Shown piece after piece: positions 1 through 8,444 of a stretch of 40,040 nt of DNA (within the stretch, counting starts at the first letter, position 1; each line of letters begins with the position of its first letter). The stretch comes from Bacilli bacterium. Its GTDB lineage: Bacteria; Bacillota_I; Bacilli_A; RF39; UBA660. Under the pieces are notes generated by a model, which saw only the letters and a list, made by a program, of their open reading frames with translations, was not told the origin of the DNA and ran no database searches. The DNA lies in assembly GCA_022801735.1 (NCBI GenBank), contig JAAWSW010000003.1, positions 1 to 40,040 of the forward strand, read 5' to 3'. The position numbers and the translations under genes were made by a program.

Positions 1-1175
1 CAGCAAGGACAAATATCTCCTTCTTCAATATTAATAATATCACCAGAAGCAAACACTTCAAAATCACTTAAATTAACATTTATATAATGATGATCAGTCT
101 TATTAGCACCAACAACAAAGTTATGCATTGTTTTAACTTCATTATCGATAACAATTTTAGCCTTTACCCCAACTGGACCTAATGACCCAAAAGAAGCATC
201 AGTAACTGTTTTTAACTCCTCTTCAGTAGCCATTAAAACTTCCTTAGCACCAAGTAACTTACGTAACTTAGTATCATTAAGTTCCCTATTACCTTTAACT
301 AAAGCAAACACAACTTCACCATCAACATTGCACACTAAAGTTTTAACAGTTTTATCTATACTTATATTAAGCATATCTACTATATCATTAATAGTATGAG
401 CACCAGGTGTAGACACTAACTCCATTTTTAAATTATCTTCATCACCAAAAGTTTTTCCTTTAACTTCAGCAATCTCAATATTAGAAGCAAAGTCACACTT
501 ATCACATAAAACTAATACATCTTCACCAATTTCAGTAACCGCCTGATATTCTTCAGATAATTTACCCCCCATAGCACCAGTATCAGCTTTAACAACACGA
601 TAATCAATACCCATACGATTAAACATATTATTATAAGCCTTAGCCATCTTATTATAAGTTATCTCTGTATGTTCACTATCTATATCAAAACTATAAGCAT
701 CTTTCATTGTAAATTCACGTGTACGAATAAGTCCATATCTAGGTCTAGTTTCATCACGATATTTATTGCCAATTTGATATAAATTAAGAGGCATATCTTT
801 ATATGACTTAACCATTTCTTTTGCAGCCATAACAAATAACTCTTCATGAGTAGGACCTAAAACATAATCCCTATCATAACGATCTTTCATGCTAAACATA
901 TCATTACCAAAAGCATTACGTCTGCCAGATTTTTCATAAATTTCACCAGCAATAAGCATAGGCATAGAAACTTCGTTAGCATCTGCCTTATTCATTTCAT
1001 CACGAATAATATTTTCAATTTTTTGTTTCACCCTAAGACCAAGAGGCATAAACATATAAATCCCACTAGCAGTCTTTTTTACCATTCCACTCTTAACTAA
1101 ATACTTTCCACTAATAGAATCCTCATCCTTAATATCATCTCTAATAGTATAGAAAAAACTATTACTTAACTTCAT
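1..1175 (-). CDS. proS: Proline--tRNA ligase, bacterial type with editing domain (runs off the left window edge)
   Basis: Manual translation from ATG at 1175: MKLSNSFFYTIRDD..., with motifs GIYMFMPLG, LGPTHEE, YQIGNKYRDETRPRYGLIRTREFTMKDAYSF, GAMGG and GSLGP. RBS AGGAGG at ~1182-1187. Absent from the ORF track because the stop lies outside the window. Confidence 0.97.
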   Translation of the reverse strand, partial: MKLSNSFFYTIRDDIKDEDSISGKYLVKSGMVKKTASGIYMFMPLGLRVKQKIENIIRDEMNKADANEVSMPMLIAGEIYEKSGRRNAFGNDMFSMKDRYDRDYVLGPTHEELFVMAAKEMVKSYKDMPLNLYQIGNKYRDETRPRYGLIRTREFTMKDAYSFDIDSEHTEITYNKMAKAYNNMFNRMGIDYRVVKADTGAMGGKLSEEYQAVTEIGEDVLVLCDKCDFASNIEIAEVKGKTFGDEDNLKMELVSTPGAHTINDIVDMLNISIDKTVKTLVCNVDGEVVFALVKGNRELNDTKLRKLLGAKEVLMATEEELKTVTDASFGSLGPVGVKAKIVIDNEVKTMHNFVVGANKTDHHYINVNLSDFEVFASGDIINIEEGDICPC

Positions 1176-1187
1176 AAAAATCCTCCT

Positions 1188-1390
1188 TTATATAACAAAA
1201 AAGAATCATACCATAAGGAGTGCATATAAGCACGGTACCATCCTTTTATTTACTTAATTTAGATAACGGCTATTAACCGGAAATGTTTTCATTTCACTCT
1301 GAAGGTAGGAATTAAATAACATCATAACTTGTTCTCACTATCCAAGTTCACTTTATATGAGAGATTATATAATATTCCTTCATTAACGTT
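1188..1390 (-). promoter_or_regulatory. T-box riboswitch with Pro (CCU) specifier, upstream of proS
   Basis: Minus strand has the T-box and antiterminator AAGGA-UGGUACC-GUGC-uuauau-GCAC-UCCUU (1215-1245), GCCGUUA of stem IIA/B, and stem I closed by GAAGG/CCUUC. The specifier CCU (1307-1309) is followed by A. Confidence 0.92.
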
Positions 1391-1400
1391 TTACAAATAC

Positions 1401-1429
1401 ATATTAACACACTTAAATACTTTTGTCAA
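1401..1429 (-). promoter_or_regulatory. SigA-type promoter for the T-box/proS transcript
   Basis: TTGACA-17 nt-TAATAT with extended TG on the minus strand. Confidence 0.8.
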
Positions 1430-1541
1430 AAACAAATATATTCTCGATTATAACATTAACTTCTAGTATAATATGTGTAGGATATATTTAATTAGCGTTA
1501 GGTGCACTCCTTTACAATCATTTGCAAAGGAGGTGATGTAA

Positions 1542-1628
1542 ATGACAAAAAGAGAAAAATTTCTTTCTTTTGTTATCTTACTCCTCTTTACTTTAGTATT
1601 TATACTAATGTATAAATTTCTACTTTAA
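1542..1628 (+). CDS. 28-aa hydrophobic peptide, putative type I toxin (MTKREKFLSFVILLLFTLVFILMYKFLL)
   Basis: Strong SD AAGGAGGTGA at 1527-1536, TATAAT at 1467-1472, single TM helix with a basic N-terminus. The SD sits in a hairpin (1507-1532). Confidence 0.75.
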   Translation: MTKREKFLSFVILLLFTLVFILMYKFLL

Positions 1629-1744
1629 AGAAAAAGCACACTAACGCTCAAGTCTGAGTATTAGTGTGCAAACCCAACGGAATGTACCTAACAAGCAGCA
1701 GTTAAGTATATCCTTTTATAGTGTATGCATTTCATCTGCTTACA
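1627..1744 (-). ncRNA. Putative antisense antitoxin RNA (~115 nt) overlapping the toxin 3' UTR
   Basis: Minus-strand promoter TTGACA...TAATAT at 1750-1779 with no ORF downstream. Hairpin GCACACTAA..CTCA/TGAG..TTAGTGTGC (1636-1669) is followed by a U-tract on the minus strand. Boundaries are inferred. Confidence 0.65.
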
Positions 1745-1749
1745 TACTA

Positions 1750-1782
1750 ATATTAACACACTTACCCCACTTTTGTCAAAAA
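1750..1782. repeat. Second copy of a ~32-bp direct repeat (first copy 1401-1432); both copies are minus-strand promoters
   Basis: atattaacacactta-aat-acttttgtcaaaaa versus atattaacacactta-cccc-acttttgtcaaaaa. Confidence 0.9.
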
Positions 1783-2277
1783 TTAATTAGCCTTATGAAT
1801 TTTAAATTTATAACTTATCTTATCAATAATTATATATGCAATTGACACAAAAAATATATTCATAATCAAAGACGAATAAATACTTCTAAATAAATTAAAT
1901 AAATCAAAAGATGCATTAGCAGTTATTAAAATAAGTCCATACGTTAATGATCTATATACAACAATTAAAATAATTCCCATAATAACTACATTAATAAAAT
2001 TATTCGCAAGTAATAAATTCATTCTTGTAATTATAAAACCTAAAAGTAAAAATAAAAATCCATGAATAACAATTGTATTAGTATATATTAAATCATAAAA
2101 TATACCTGTAATAAAACATGATAAATAAAACTTATTTCTTTTATTATTAAAATATGGATAAACAATAATCAGTGACATAACAGTAAACAAAGGCAAAAAC
2201 AAACCATTAATAGAAACTAAATTTGATATTATACTATCTAAGATAAAAGATATAATCAAAACTAAAATAACCATCAT
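1783..2277 (-). CDS. mreD: Rod shape-determining protein MreD
   Basis: 164-aa polytopic membrane protein with GIFYDLIYT motif, overlapping the mreC stop. Confidence 0.85.
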   Translation of the reverse strand: MMVILVLIISFILDSIISNLVSINGLFLPLFTVMSLIIVYPYFNNKRNKFYLSCFITGIFYDLIYTNTIVIHGFLFLLLGFIITRMNLLLANNFINVVIMGIILIVVYRSLTYGLILITANASFDLFNLFRSIYSSLIMNIFFVSIAYIIIDKISYKFKIHKAN

Positions 2278-3122
2278 TTGCTTTTCCTCTTTAAAATAGT
2301 CACATAATCAACCTTATCAAAATCAACTGAACTTTTAACTAAAGCAACTTTAGATAAATCAAAATTATCAGTCGTCACCTTTGTTACATGACCTATTAAT
2401 AAACCGCTAGGGAAAGTGCCACCCATTCCTGTGGTAACAACATCAGAACCTTTTGGAATATCAATATTTTCACTTATACCTTCAACCGTATATGTATTAG
2501 ATTTTGAACTATATTTTGAAATAAGGCCATATACATAAGTATCATTCGCTTTAATTTTAACACTTATTTTATCACTCATATTATCATTAGAAAGTAATTT
2601 AACTGTACTATAATAATTACTCACACTAGATACTTTTCCTACAAGACCATAACTATTTACAACTGCCATATCCTTTTCAATACCATTTTTCTTCCCCTTA
2701 TCAATCGTTACCTCATCATACCAATAGTCAATATTACGATTAACAATCGTTGCATGTTTATAAAATTGATCACTAAGAATAGTTTCTAATTCTAAATTTT
2801 TCTTAAGTTCATCTACTTCATTTCTTAAATTATCATTTTCAGCAGTAGTTTTATCCATACTTTTTTCTTTTTCTTTTAAATCCTTATACTTCTCATAAAT
2901 ATCATTTTTTTCTCTGCCCTCACGAATTATATCCTTAACAAAATTAACTGGTGTACTAACAACATTAATAATAAAAGTACCACTATCTTTAATCATTTTT
3001 TCAGGGAAACTTAAATTCCTATCACGTTTTAAAGCAACAGAAAGAACCACTAATACAATAGCAAGAACAATAACTGCAATAATAATCAAATATCTTTTAT
3101 CAAATTCTTTCTTTCTGTACAT
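2274..3122 (-). CDS. mreC: Rod shape-determining protein MreC
   Basis: N-terminal TM, coiled coil, IDKGKKNGIEKDMAVV..GLVGKV and VVTTGMGGTFPSGLLIG. Start placed at ATG 3122 behind a GGTGA RBS (ORF track starts at 3134). Confidence 0.95.
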   Translation of the reverse strand: MYRKKEFDKRYLIIIAVIVLAIVLVVLSVALKRDRNLSFPEKMIKDSGTFIINVVSTPVNFVKDIIREGREKNDIYEKYKDLKEKEKSMDKTTAENDNLRNEVDELKKNLELETILSDQFYKHATIVNRNIDYWYDEVTIDKGKKNGIEKDMAVVNSYGLVGKVSSVSNYYSTVKLLSNDNMSDKISVKIKANDTYVYGLISKYSSKSNTYTVEGISENIDIPKGSDVVTTGMGGTFPSGLLIGHVTKVTTDNFDLSKVALVKSSVDFDKVDYVTILKRKSK

Positions 3123-3168
3123 AGTATCACCCATCTAAAATTATAATACATTTTTTAAATAAAACCAA

Positions 3169-3849
3169 CTAAATTTTTCCATTTTCTAAAAAACTATAAT
3201 ACTTATTTTTACTAACAATTACATGATCAACTAACTTTATTCCCATTAAATAACCAATTTCATTTAATCTATCAGTAACAATAACATCCTCTTTACTGGG
3301 CCTAACATCACCAGTTGGATGATTATGTACACAAATAATTGCTGTAGCATTAACCAAATAAGCCTCTTTAAAAACATCACGAGGATGAACCATACTTTCA
3401 TTAACAGTCCCCATAAAAAGTAGTTTTTCACTTAAAACTTTTTTATTAGAATCTAAATACAAACAATAAAAATACTCCTGATATTCATTAACGATATTTT
3501 TGTAATAATCATAAACAACCTCTGGTGTTGTAATTTTAACATCAACAATTTTATCCTGCTTAATATTCATTCTTCTATTAAGTTCCTGAATAGCAAGTAT
3601 CAAACACGCTTTAGCAGTTCCTATCCCCTTTATTTGTGTAAGTGCATGAAATCCAATATTTTTTAAATTTTGTATAGTTCCTATTTTTTTCAAAAGTTCC
3701 ATTGCAAGCACTTTAGCCGAAACATCTTTAGTACCAGTTTTTAAAACAATAGATAACAATTCCTCATCACTTAAACTTTGGACCCCTTTATTAATAAGCC
3801 TTTCCCTAGGCCTATCATTAATAGGCAAATCTTTAATTTTAATACTCAT
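3169..3849 (-). CDS. radC: RadC family JAB-domain protein
   Basis: RPRERL...LSDEELL..L.TG, HhH GIG.AKA, VHPRDVF, HNHPTGD.RPS.ED, DHVIV. Confidence 0.96.
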   Translation of the reverse strand: MSIKIKDLPINDRPRERLINKGVQSLSDEELLSIVLKTGTKDVSAKVLAMELLKKIGTIQNLKNIGFHALTQIKGIGTAKACLILAIQELNRRMNIKQDKIVDVKITTPEVVYDYYKNIVNEYQEYFYCLYLDSNKKVLSEKLLFMGTVNESMVHPRDVFKEAYLVNATAIICVHNHPTGDVRPSKEDVIVTDRLNEIGYLMGIKLVDHVIVSKNKYYSFLENGKI

Positions 3850-4297
3850 TATTTACCAACTCCTCATACTTAGATAAAACCTGATTACAAATAACTTCAA
3901 TAGTCCCATCTTCACTTGTTTGCGCTAAAAGTTCATCATACTGACCAAGTATAGTTAAAAAACTAACATTATCAGTAATTTTTTCTTTTATATATGTATC
4001 ATAACCTTTGTTTTCATAAAATTTTTTTATTTTTTCAGCATTCTTTTTACTCTTACTAATTCCTATATATGTATAATACATGTTATCTTCAACATTATAA
4101 ATATAGTGCTGAAAATCCTTCATATTATTAGTCATATTTTCTTTGTTGGAATATACACCCTTTTGAACATAATAAATCGTTTCTGCATTTTTAGAAACTG
4201 TAATACTATCCGCCTTATCATAACCACTTATTAAAAAATAAGCCATCATTACTCCTAAAAGTAAAGAAAAAGTTACTGGGAAAAGATATTTTTTCAT
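3839..4297 (-). CDS. Membrane-anchored SPOR-like domain protein
   Basis: N-terminal TM, then YYVQKGVYSNKEN...KKNAEKIKKFYENKGYDTYIKE resembling SPOR repeats. Position upstream of radC echoes spoIIB in Bacillus. Start at ATG 4297 behind AAGGTGA. Confidence 0.5.
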   Translation of the reverse strand: MKKYLFPVTFSLLLGVMMAYFLISGYDKADSITVSKNAETIYYVQKGVYSNKENMTNNMKDFQHYIYNVEDNMYYTYIGISKSKKNAEKIKKFYENKGYDTYIKEKITDNVSFLTILGQYDELLAQTSEDGTIEVICNQVLSKYEELVNNEY

Positions 4298-4380
4298 ACT
4301 ATCACCTTTTACCATTTTATAATAAAATAGTTTCTAAAAATGTCGAAAAATAATAAAATATCTATATATTTATCACATTT

Positions 4381-5208
4381 CTACTTAATAAACATATTTA
4401 TCTTCTTTTCCTTTTCTATCTGTTTTAAACTTTTATCTGGTGTAAGTAAATCTTCTGGCATTGTTCCACCTTGCCCTTGAATAAACTTTCTAATATCCCT
4501 TCCCATATTATAATGAGTTTTATTTGCTTTATCTTCTCCATTAACATTGTCATTCTTTAACTTTTGCTGCGTCTGTGAAATTCTAAATAAGTTGGCAATT
4601 AATTCATCACTACCCATGTTATCCAAAATATCTTCTCTATATCTGAGTCCCTTTCTTTTTGCTATATCATTTGCACTCTCCCCATTGTATAATCCTTTAT
4701 ATCCTGCATTATGAAATTTATCAAAATTTTTAACTCCAGCATTTTTGGCAGTTTGATTTAATAAATAATTTCCTTTCTTAGTTAAACTTCTTTGGTATAG
4801 TCTTTTTTCATCCTCAGATAGTGAACTATATTCAATTTCACTAAGTTCTTGTTTTCTAGTTTGCACCGCAAAGTAAGTTTGTCCCAAAGCAATTACTTCT
4901 TTTTTTGAATCACCATTTTGAACAATTAAATAACAAGCATATCTAGATAATTTATAATCTTGCTGTACTCTTTGTGCACCTTTAGCAATTTCTATCATTT
5001 TGTTGAGTTCAACAAAATGATCAGAAGTATTATATTTACTAGAATTACAGGCAACCATTGCTTTTTCTAAAACCTTACGAAAATTTCTCCATTCTTTATA
5101 TTCTAATACTTTTTGAAGTTCTCTTGCTTCCCAATATTCATTTCCAAATTCATCAGTATGTCTAATTTTTTCAAATACACTTTCATTATATTTTTCAATT
5201 TCATTCAT
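4381..5208 (-). CDS. dinD: DNA damage-inducible protein D (Bro-N-like N-terminus plus DinD C-terminal region)
   Basis: EYWEAREL...LSRYACYLIVQNGD.KKEVIALGQTYFAVQTRKQE, GYKGLY, ILDNMGSDEL.ANLFR, GGTMPEDL. Likely start ATG 5208 with a GGAGG RBS. Confidence 0.92.
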   Translation of the reverse strand: MNEIEKYNESVFEKIRHTDEFGNEYWEARELQKVLEYKEWRNFRKVLEKAMVACNSSKYNTSDHFVELNKMIEIAKGAQRVQQDYKLSRYACYLIVQNGDSKKEVIALGQTYFAVQTRKQELSEIEYSSLSEDEKRLYQRSLTKKGNYLLNQTAKNAGVKNFDKFHNAGYKGLYNGESANDIAKRKGLRYREDILDNMGSDELIANLFRISQTQQKLKNDNVNGEDKANKTHYNMGRDIRKFIQGQGGTMPEDLLTPDKSLKQIEKEKKINMFIK

Positions 5209-5241
5209 AGTATTTCCTCCTTTTTGAAACAAATTTCTTAG

Positions 5242-5282
5242 CCCCTTATATGTAATATACTGCATCCATCTATCAAATTCCT
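5242..5282 (-). repeat. Conserved ~42-bp upstream element, copy 1 (before dinD)
   Basis: 33 of 42 aligned positions are identical to 14006-14047 (manual alignment). Confidence 0.85.
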
Positions 5283-5323
5283 GCATCAAACATAAAAAAA
5301 ATGCACAAAAGTACAATTTTAAC

Positions 5324-5346
5324 AAAAAAAGATAGATTTCTCTATC
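5324..5346 (-). terminator. Intrinsic terminator of ftsZ
   Basis: GATAGA/TCTATC stem plus U7 on the minus strand directly after the stop. Confidence 0.7.
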
Positions 5347-5347
5347 C

Positions 5348-6406
5348 TTAAATTCCTCTTCTTCTTAAGAATGCTGGAATAACATCATCACCATCTTCTT
5401 CAACTGCAATAGGATCAATTAAAGTGTCTTCTGCTGCATGAGCCGCATTTTCTACTTGTTTATTGTTAAATCCTGTAGCAATTACAGTAACGATAATTTC
5501 ATCAGTAAAATTCTCATTAATAACTGCACCAAATATAGTATTAATATCAGTATTTGCAGATTTTCTAATAGCCTCTACTGCTTCTTCAACTTCAAATAAA
5601 GTTAAATTTGGTCCACCAGTTACGTTAATAATAGCATCAGTAGCACCATCTATACTAGTTTCTAATAATGGACTAAATACCGCTTGATTAGCCGCTTCTA
5701 CTGCTCTATCTTCTCCAACACCAGCACCAATACCAATTAAAGCATCACCACGTTTTTCCATAACTGCTTTAACATCGGCAAAGTCTAAGTTGATAAGTCC
5801 AGCCACTGCAATTAAGTCAGAAATTGATTGAACACCACGTCTTAACACATTATCAACTTCTTTAAACGAATCTAAAAGTGGAGTTGATTTATCAATAATC
5901 TCTCTTAAACGATCATTAGGTACAACAATTAAAGTATCAACATGTTCTCTTAATTCTTCAATACCTGCTAATGCTTGCTCCATACGTTTTTTACCTTCAA
6001 AAGAGAATGGTTTTGTAACAATTCCCACTGTAAGAGCACCTAAACTTTGGGCAATATCAGCAATTACAGGAGCAGCACCAGTACCAGTACCACCACCCAT
6101 TCCACATGTGATAAATACCATATCAGAACCTTTTAAAGCCTCTTCAATTTCATTTTTTGATTCTAATGCAGCCTCTTTACCAACTTGAGGGTTAGCACCT
6201 GCACCTAAACCGTTAGTAAGTTCCTCACCAATTTGTATTTTAGTTTCTGCTAAAGATGCATTCAAAACCTGTGAGTCTGTATTTGCAACTATAAAATCTA
6301 CTGCTTGTACACCAGTTTCTATCATTCGGTTAACAGCGTTTCCACCACCACCACCGATTCCTATTACTTTTATTTTTGCTAATTGATCCATTTCTAATCC
6401 AAACAT
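5348..6406 (-). CDS. ftsZ: Cell division protein FtsZ
   Basis: [35 protein letters not shown]-terminal DVIPAFLRR. Confidence 0.99.
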   Translation of the reverse strand: MFGLEMDQLAKIKVIGIGGGGGNAVNRMIETGVQAVDFIVANTDSQVLNASLAETKIQIGEELTNGLGAGANPQVGKEAALESKNEIEEALKGSDMVFITCGMGGGTGTGAAPVIADIAQSLGALTVGIVTKPFSFEGKKRMEQALAGIEELREHVDTLIVVPNDRLREIIDKSTPLLDSFKEVDNVLRRGVQSISDLIAVAGLINLDFADVKAVMEKRGDALIGIGAGVGEDRAVEAANQAVFSPLLETSIDGATDAIINVTGGPNLTLFEVEEAVEAIRKSANTDINTIFGAVINENFTDEIIVTVIATGFNNKQVENAAHAAEDTLIDPIAVEEDGDDVIPAFLRRRGI

Positions 6407-6421
6407 TTTTATTTCCTCCTA

Positions 6422-7663
6422 TTACTCACCAAAAAAGTATCCAAATACTTTACCAAGCATTGTATCGCTTGATGCATTTATAAAATGTTTATTAGTAGAT
6501 GATAATGTCTCCATATCACTTTTACTAAGCATTGTATAATCTTGTCCTTTTAACTTAAGTGTACTAATAAAATAAATTATATTACCAAGTGCAGTACTAT
6601 ATTTATTATTACGTACACCAATTAATTTAATCTTCCCTACACTAGCATTATTACCAAATACACTAGCAAGTGCATATTCAAACCCTAGAGCATTACTTAC
6701 TCCACCAGTTACTATTATATACTGAATAGGCCTATTTGTTAAGAGGTTTATTTCATTTTTTGCAAGAGATAAGATTTCTTCTACCCTTGACATAACCACT
6801 TCTGAAACCTCTAATTGATTAATTTTTATTTTCTTTCCATCTAAATTTACTGTTTCATATATATCACTTACATTAGCACTTCGTTTATGTGCAAAAGCAA
6901 ATTTTTCTTTTATTTTCTTTGCCTCTAATGCATCTACCTTATACATATAAACAATATCATTATCAATGTCTTTACCACCCATACCAACTATCTTTGTTTG
7001 AGCAGGTATTCCTTTATTATAAAGATTAACAGTAGTAACCTCACTACCTACATTAATAACTACACCAATACTGTCATTAATTTCTTTAGTTTGAAAAGAA
7101 CTAATATCCCCTATACTACCTAAAGAGATATCGGCAATTTCCACGCCTAAGCTTTCCAAAATACTAGCAACTGAATATACATTTTTCTTAGGCACACTTG
7201 TCATCATTGCACGTGCCATTAATTTAGATCCAGGAAAATCTTTAGGATCCTTCATAATAGTTTTATCATTGATTTTAAAATCAATTGGCACTGTACAAAC
7301 AAATTCTTTATCCTCTTTTAAATTATGTACAATTCCATCCTTAAAGGCACGATTCATATCTCTTGCAGAAATAGTTTCACCTTCAACATCAGATATACCT
7401 TTAATTATTTTATACTCAGCAAAATAACTAGGTACAGAAGCAATTACTTTATTAATTTTAATTCCAAGCATTTCCTCTACCTCATTAAATGCTTTAGCAA
7501 TAGATTCTCTTGCTAAATTAGGATCAACAATCAAACCTTTTTTTATACCTAAAGCTGGAGTAGCGGTTGCCGCTAGCAAATTTAAATGATTTTTATGCAA
7601 TTCACAAACAACTAGTTTAATAGTATCGCTGCCGATATCAATGCTAGTGTACACATGCTCCAT
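6422..7663 (-). CDS. ftsA: Cell division protein FtsA
   Basis: IDIGSDTIK, GIKKGLIVD, IIVTGGVS, YSTALG, C-terminal amphipathic helix; directly upstream of ftsZ. Confidence 0.92.
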   Translation of the reverse strand: MEHVYTSIDIGSDTIKLVVCELHKNHLNLLAATATPALGIKKGLIVDPNLARESIAKAFNEVEEMLGIKINKVIASVPSYFAEYKIIKGISDVEGETISARDMNRAFKDGIVHNLKEDKEFVCTVPIDFKINDKTIMKDPKDFPGSKLMARAMMTSVPKKNVYSVASILESLGVEIADISLGSIGDISSFQTKEINDSIGVVINVGSEVTTVNLYNKGIPAQTKIVGMGGKDIDNDIVYMYKVDALEAKKIKEKFAFAHKRSANVSDIYETVNLDGKKIKINQLEVSEVVMSRVEEILSLAKNEINLLTNRPIQYIIVTGGVSNALGFEYALASVFGNNASVGKIKLIGVRNNKYSTALGNIIYFISTLKLKGQDYTMLSKSDMETLSSTNKHFINASSDTMLGKVFGYFFGE

Positions 7664-7728
7664 ACCATCATCTCCTACAGTATTAATACAATTATACTAT
7701 ATTTTTTTTAAAATGCAAAGTAAATGCC

Positions 7729-7751
7729 AAAAAAAATTGGGATATCCCAAT
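7729..7751 (-). terminator. Probable terminator after divIB
   Basis: Palindrome ATTGGGATATCCCAAT (7736-7751) followed by a U-tract on the minus strand. A TTGCAT-16-TATAAT ftsA promoter follows at 7691-7718. Confidence 0.6.
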
Positions 7752-7755
7752 AATT

Positions 7756-8430
7756 TTATTCAAATACTTTAAAGTATTCTCCAGAATCTAAATACAAGAT
7801 TCCTTTTTTATTATTAAACTCTTTTATAATCTCTACATAATGATTAATTTTATTAAATTTATTTAAAGTTAAATAAACATAATTCCCATCACTCATAGTA
7901 ATCAAAAATCTTTCTTCGTCCACCTCGTTAGGGTCATATTTAATCTCCGAAATACGTTTAACAATTTCATAATCTATATATTCCATTTCCTTAATAAAAC
8001 TAGTATAAACTTTATTTGGTACATAATTGACTAAAGTTGGAACTGAAAAATTACTTTCAGTTTCTGTGCCATCTTTCAAAATAGTTTTTTTATTAGGTAC
8101 ATAATAAAATAAAGGTAAATTTTCTTCAATTTCAATAGTTATATTAGTAAGAAACTTTTTATGTACTTTCGCCTTCTTTATATATGGATCTTTTTCTAAT
8201 CTATTTTCAATTAAACCAGATAAATTCTGCATGCTTCTAGGATAATCAGAAAGTCCAGCAAGTTTAATCACCTGCCATTCACTATATAAAGTATTCCCCT
8301 TAACTACAATAGATTTAATTTTTAAATCATAAATACATATTAAAATGAGCGCTAAAGCAACAATCCCAAGGAATAATAAAAATATATTTTTTCCTTTTAT
8401 TTTTCTTTTCTTTACCTTTTTCTTAGCCAT
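7756..8430 (-). CDS. divIB: Cell division protein DivIB/FtsQ
   Basis: Basic N-tail, TM, POTRA (IKSIVVKGN...PYIKKAKV..ITIEIEE); lies between murB and ftsA. Confidence 0.85.
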   Translation of the reverse strand: MAKKKVKKRKIKGKNIFLLFLGIVALALILICIYDLKIKSIVVKGNTLYSEWQVIKLAGLSDYPRSMQNLSGLIENRLEKDPYIKKAKVHKKFLTNITIEIEENLPLFYYVPNKKTILKDGTETESNFSVPTLVNYVPNKVYTSFIKEMEYIDYEIVKRISEIKYDPNEVDEERFLITMSDGNYVYLTLNKFNKINHYVEIIKEFNNKKGILYLDSGEYFKVFE

Positions 8431-8444
8431 AAATATTTCACCTT

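Noticed and set aside
1536-1541. ATG-TAA minimal ORF just before the peptide start
   Set aside because: It overlaps the end of the SD, so spacing is too short for initiation; probably incidental.
1479-1714. 6S RNA as the explanation for the 5'-3' paired transcript
   Set aside because: An internal ORF with a strong SD and a convergent promoter and terminator fit a type I TA module better. An Rfam scan would settle it.
5209-5325. 39-aa N-terminal extension of DinD in the ORF track
   Set aside because: A good RBS precedes ATG 5208 and family similarity starts there. The extension crosses the shared leader element, whose second copy has a 1-nt indel and is not in a continuous frame with yhcG.
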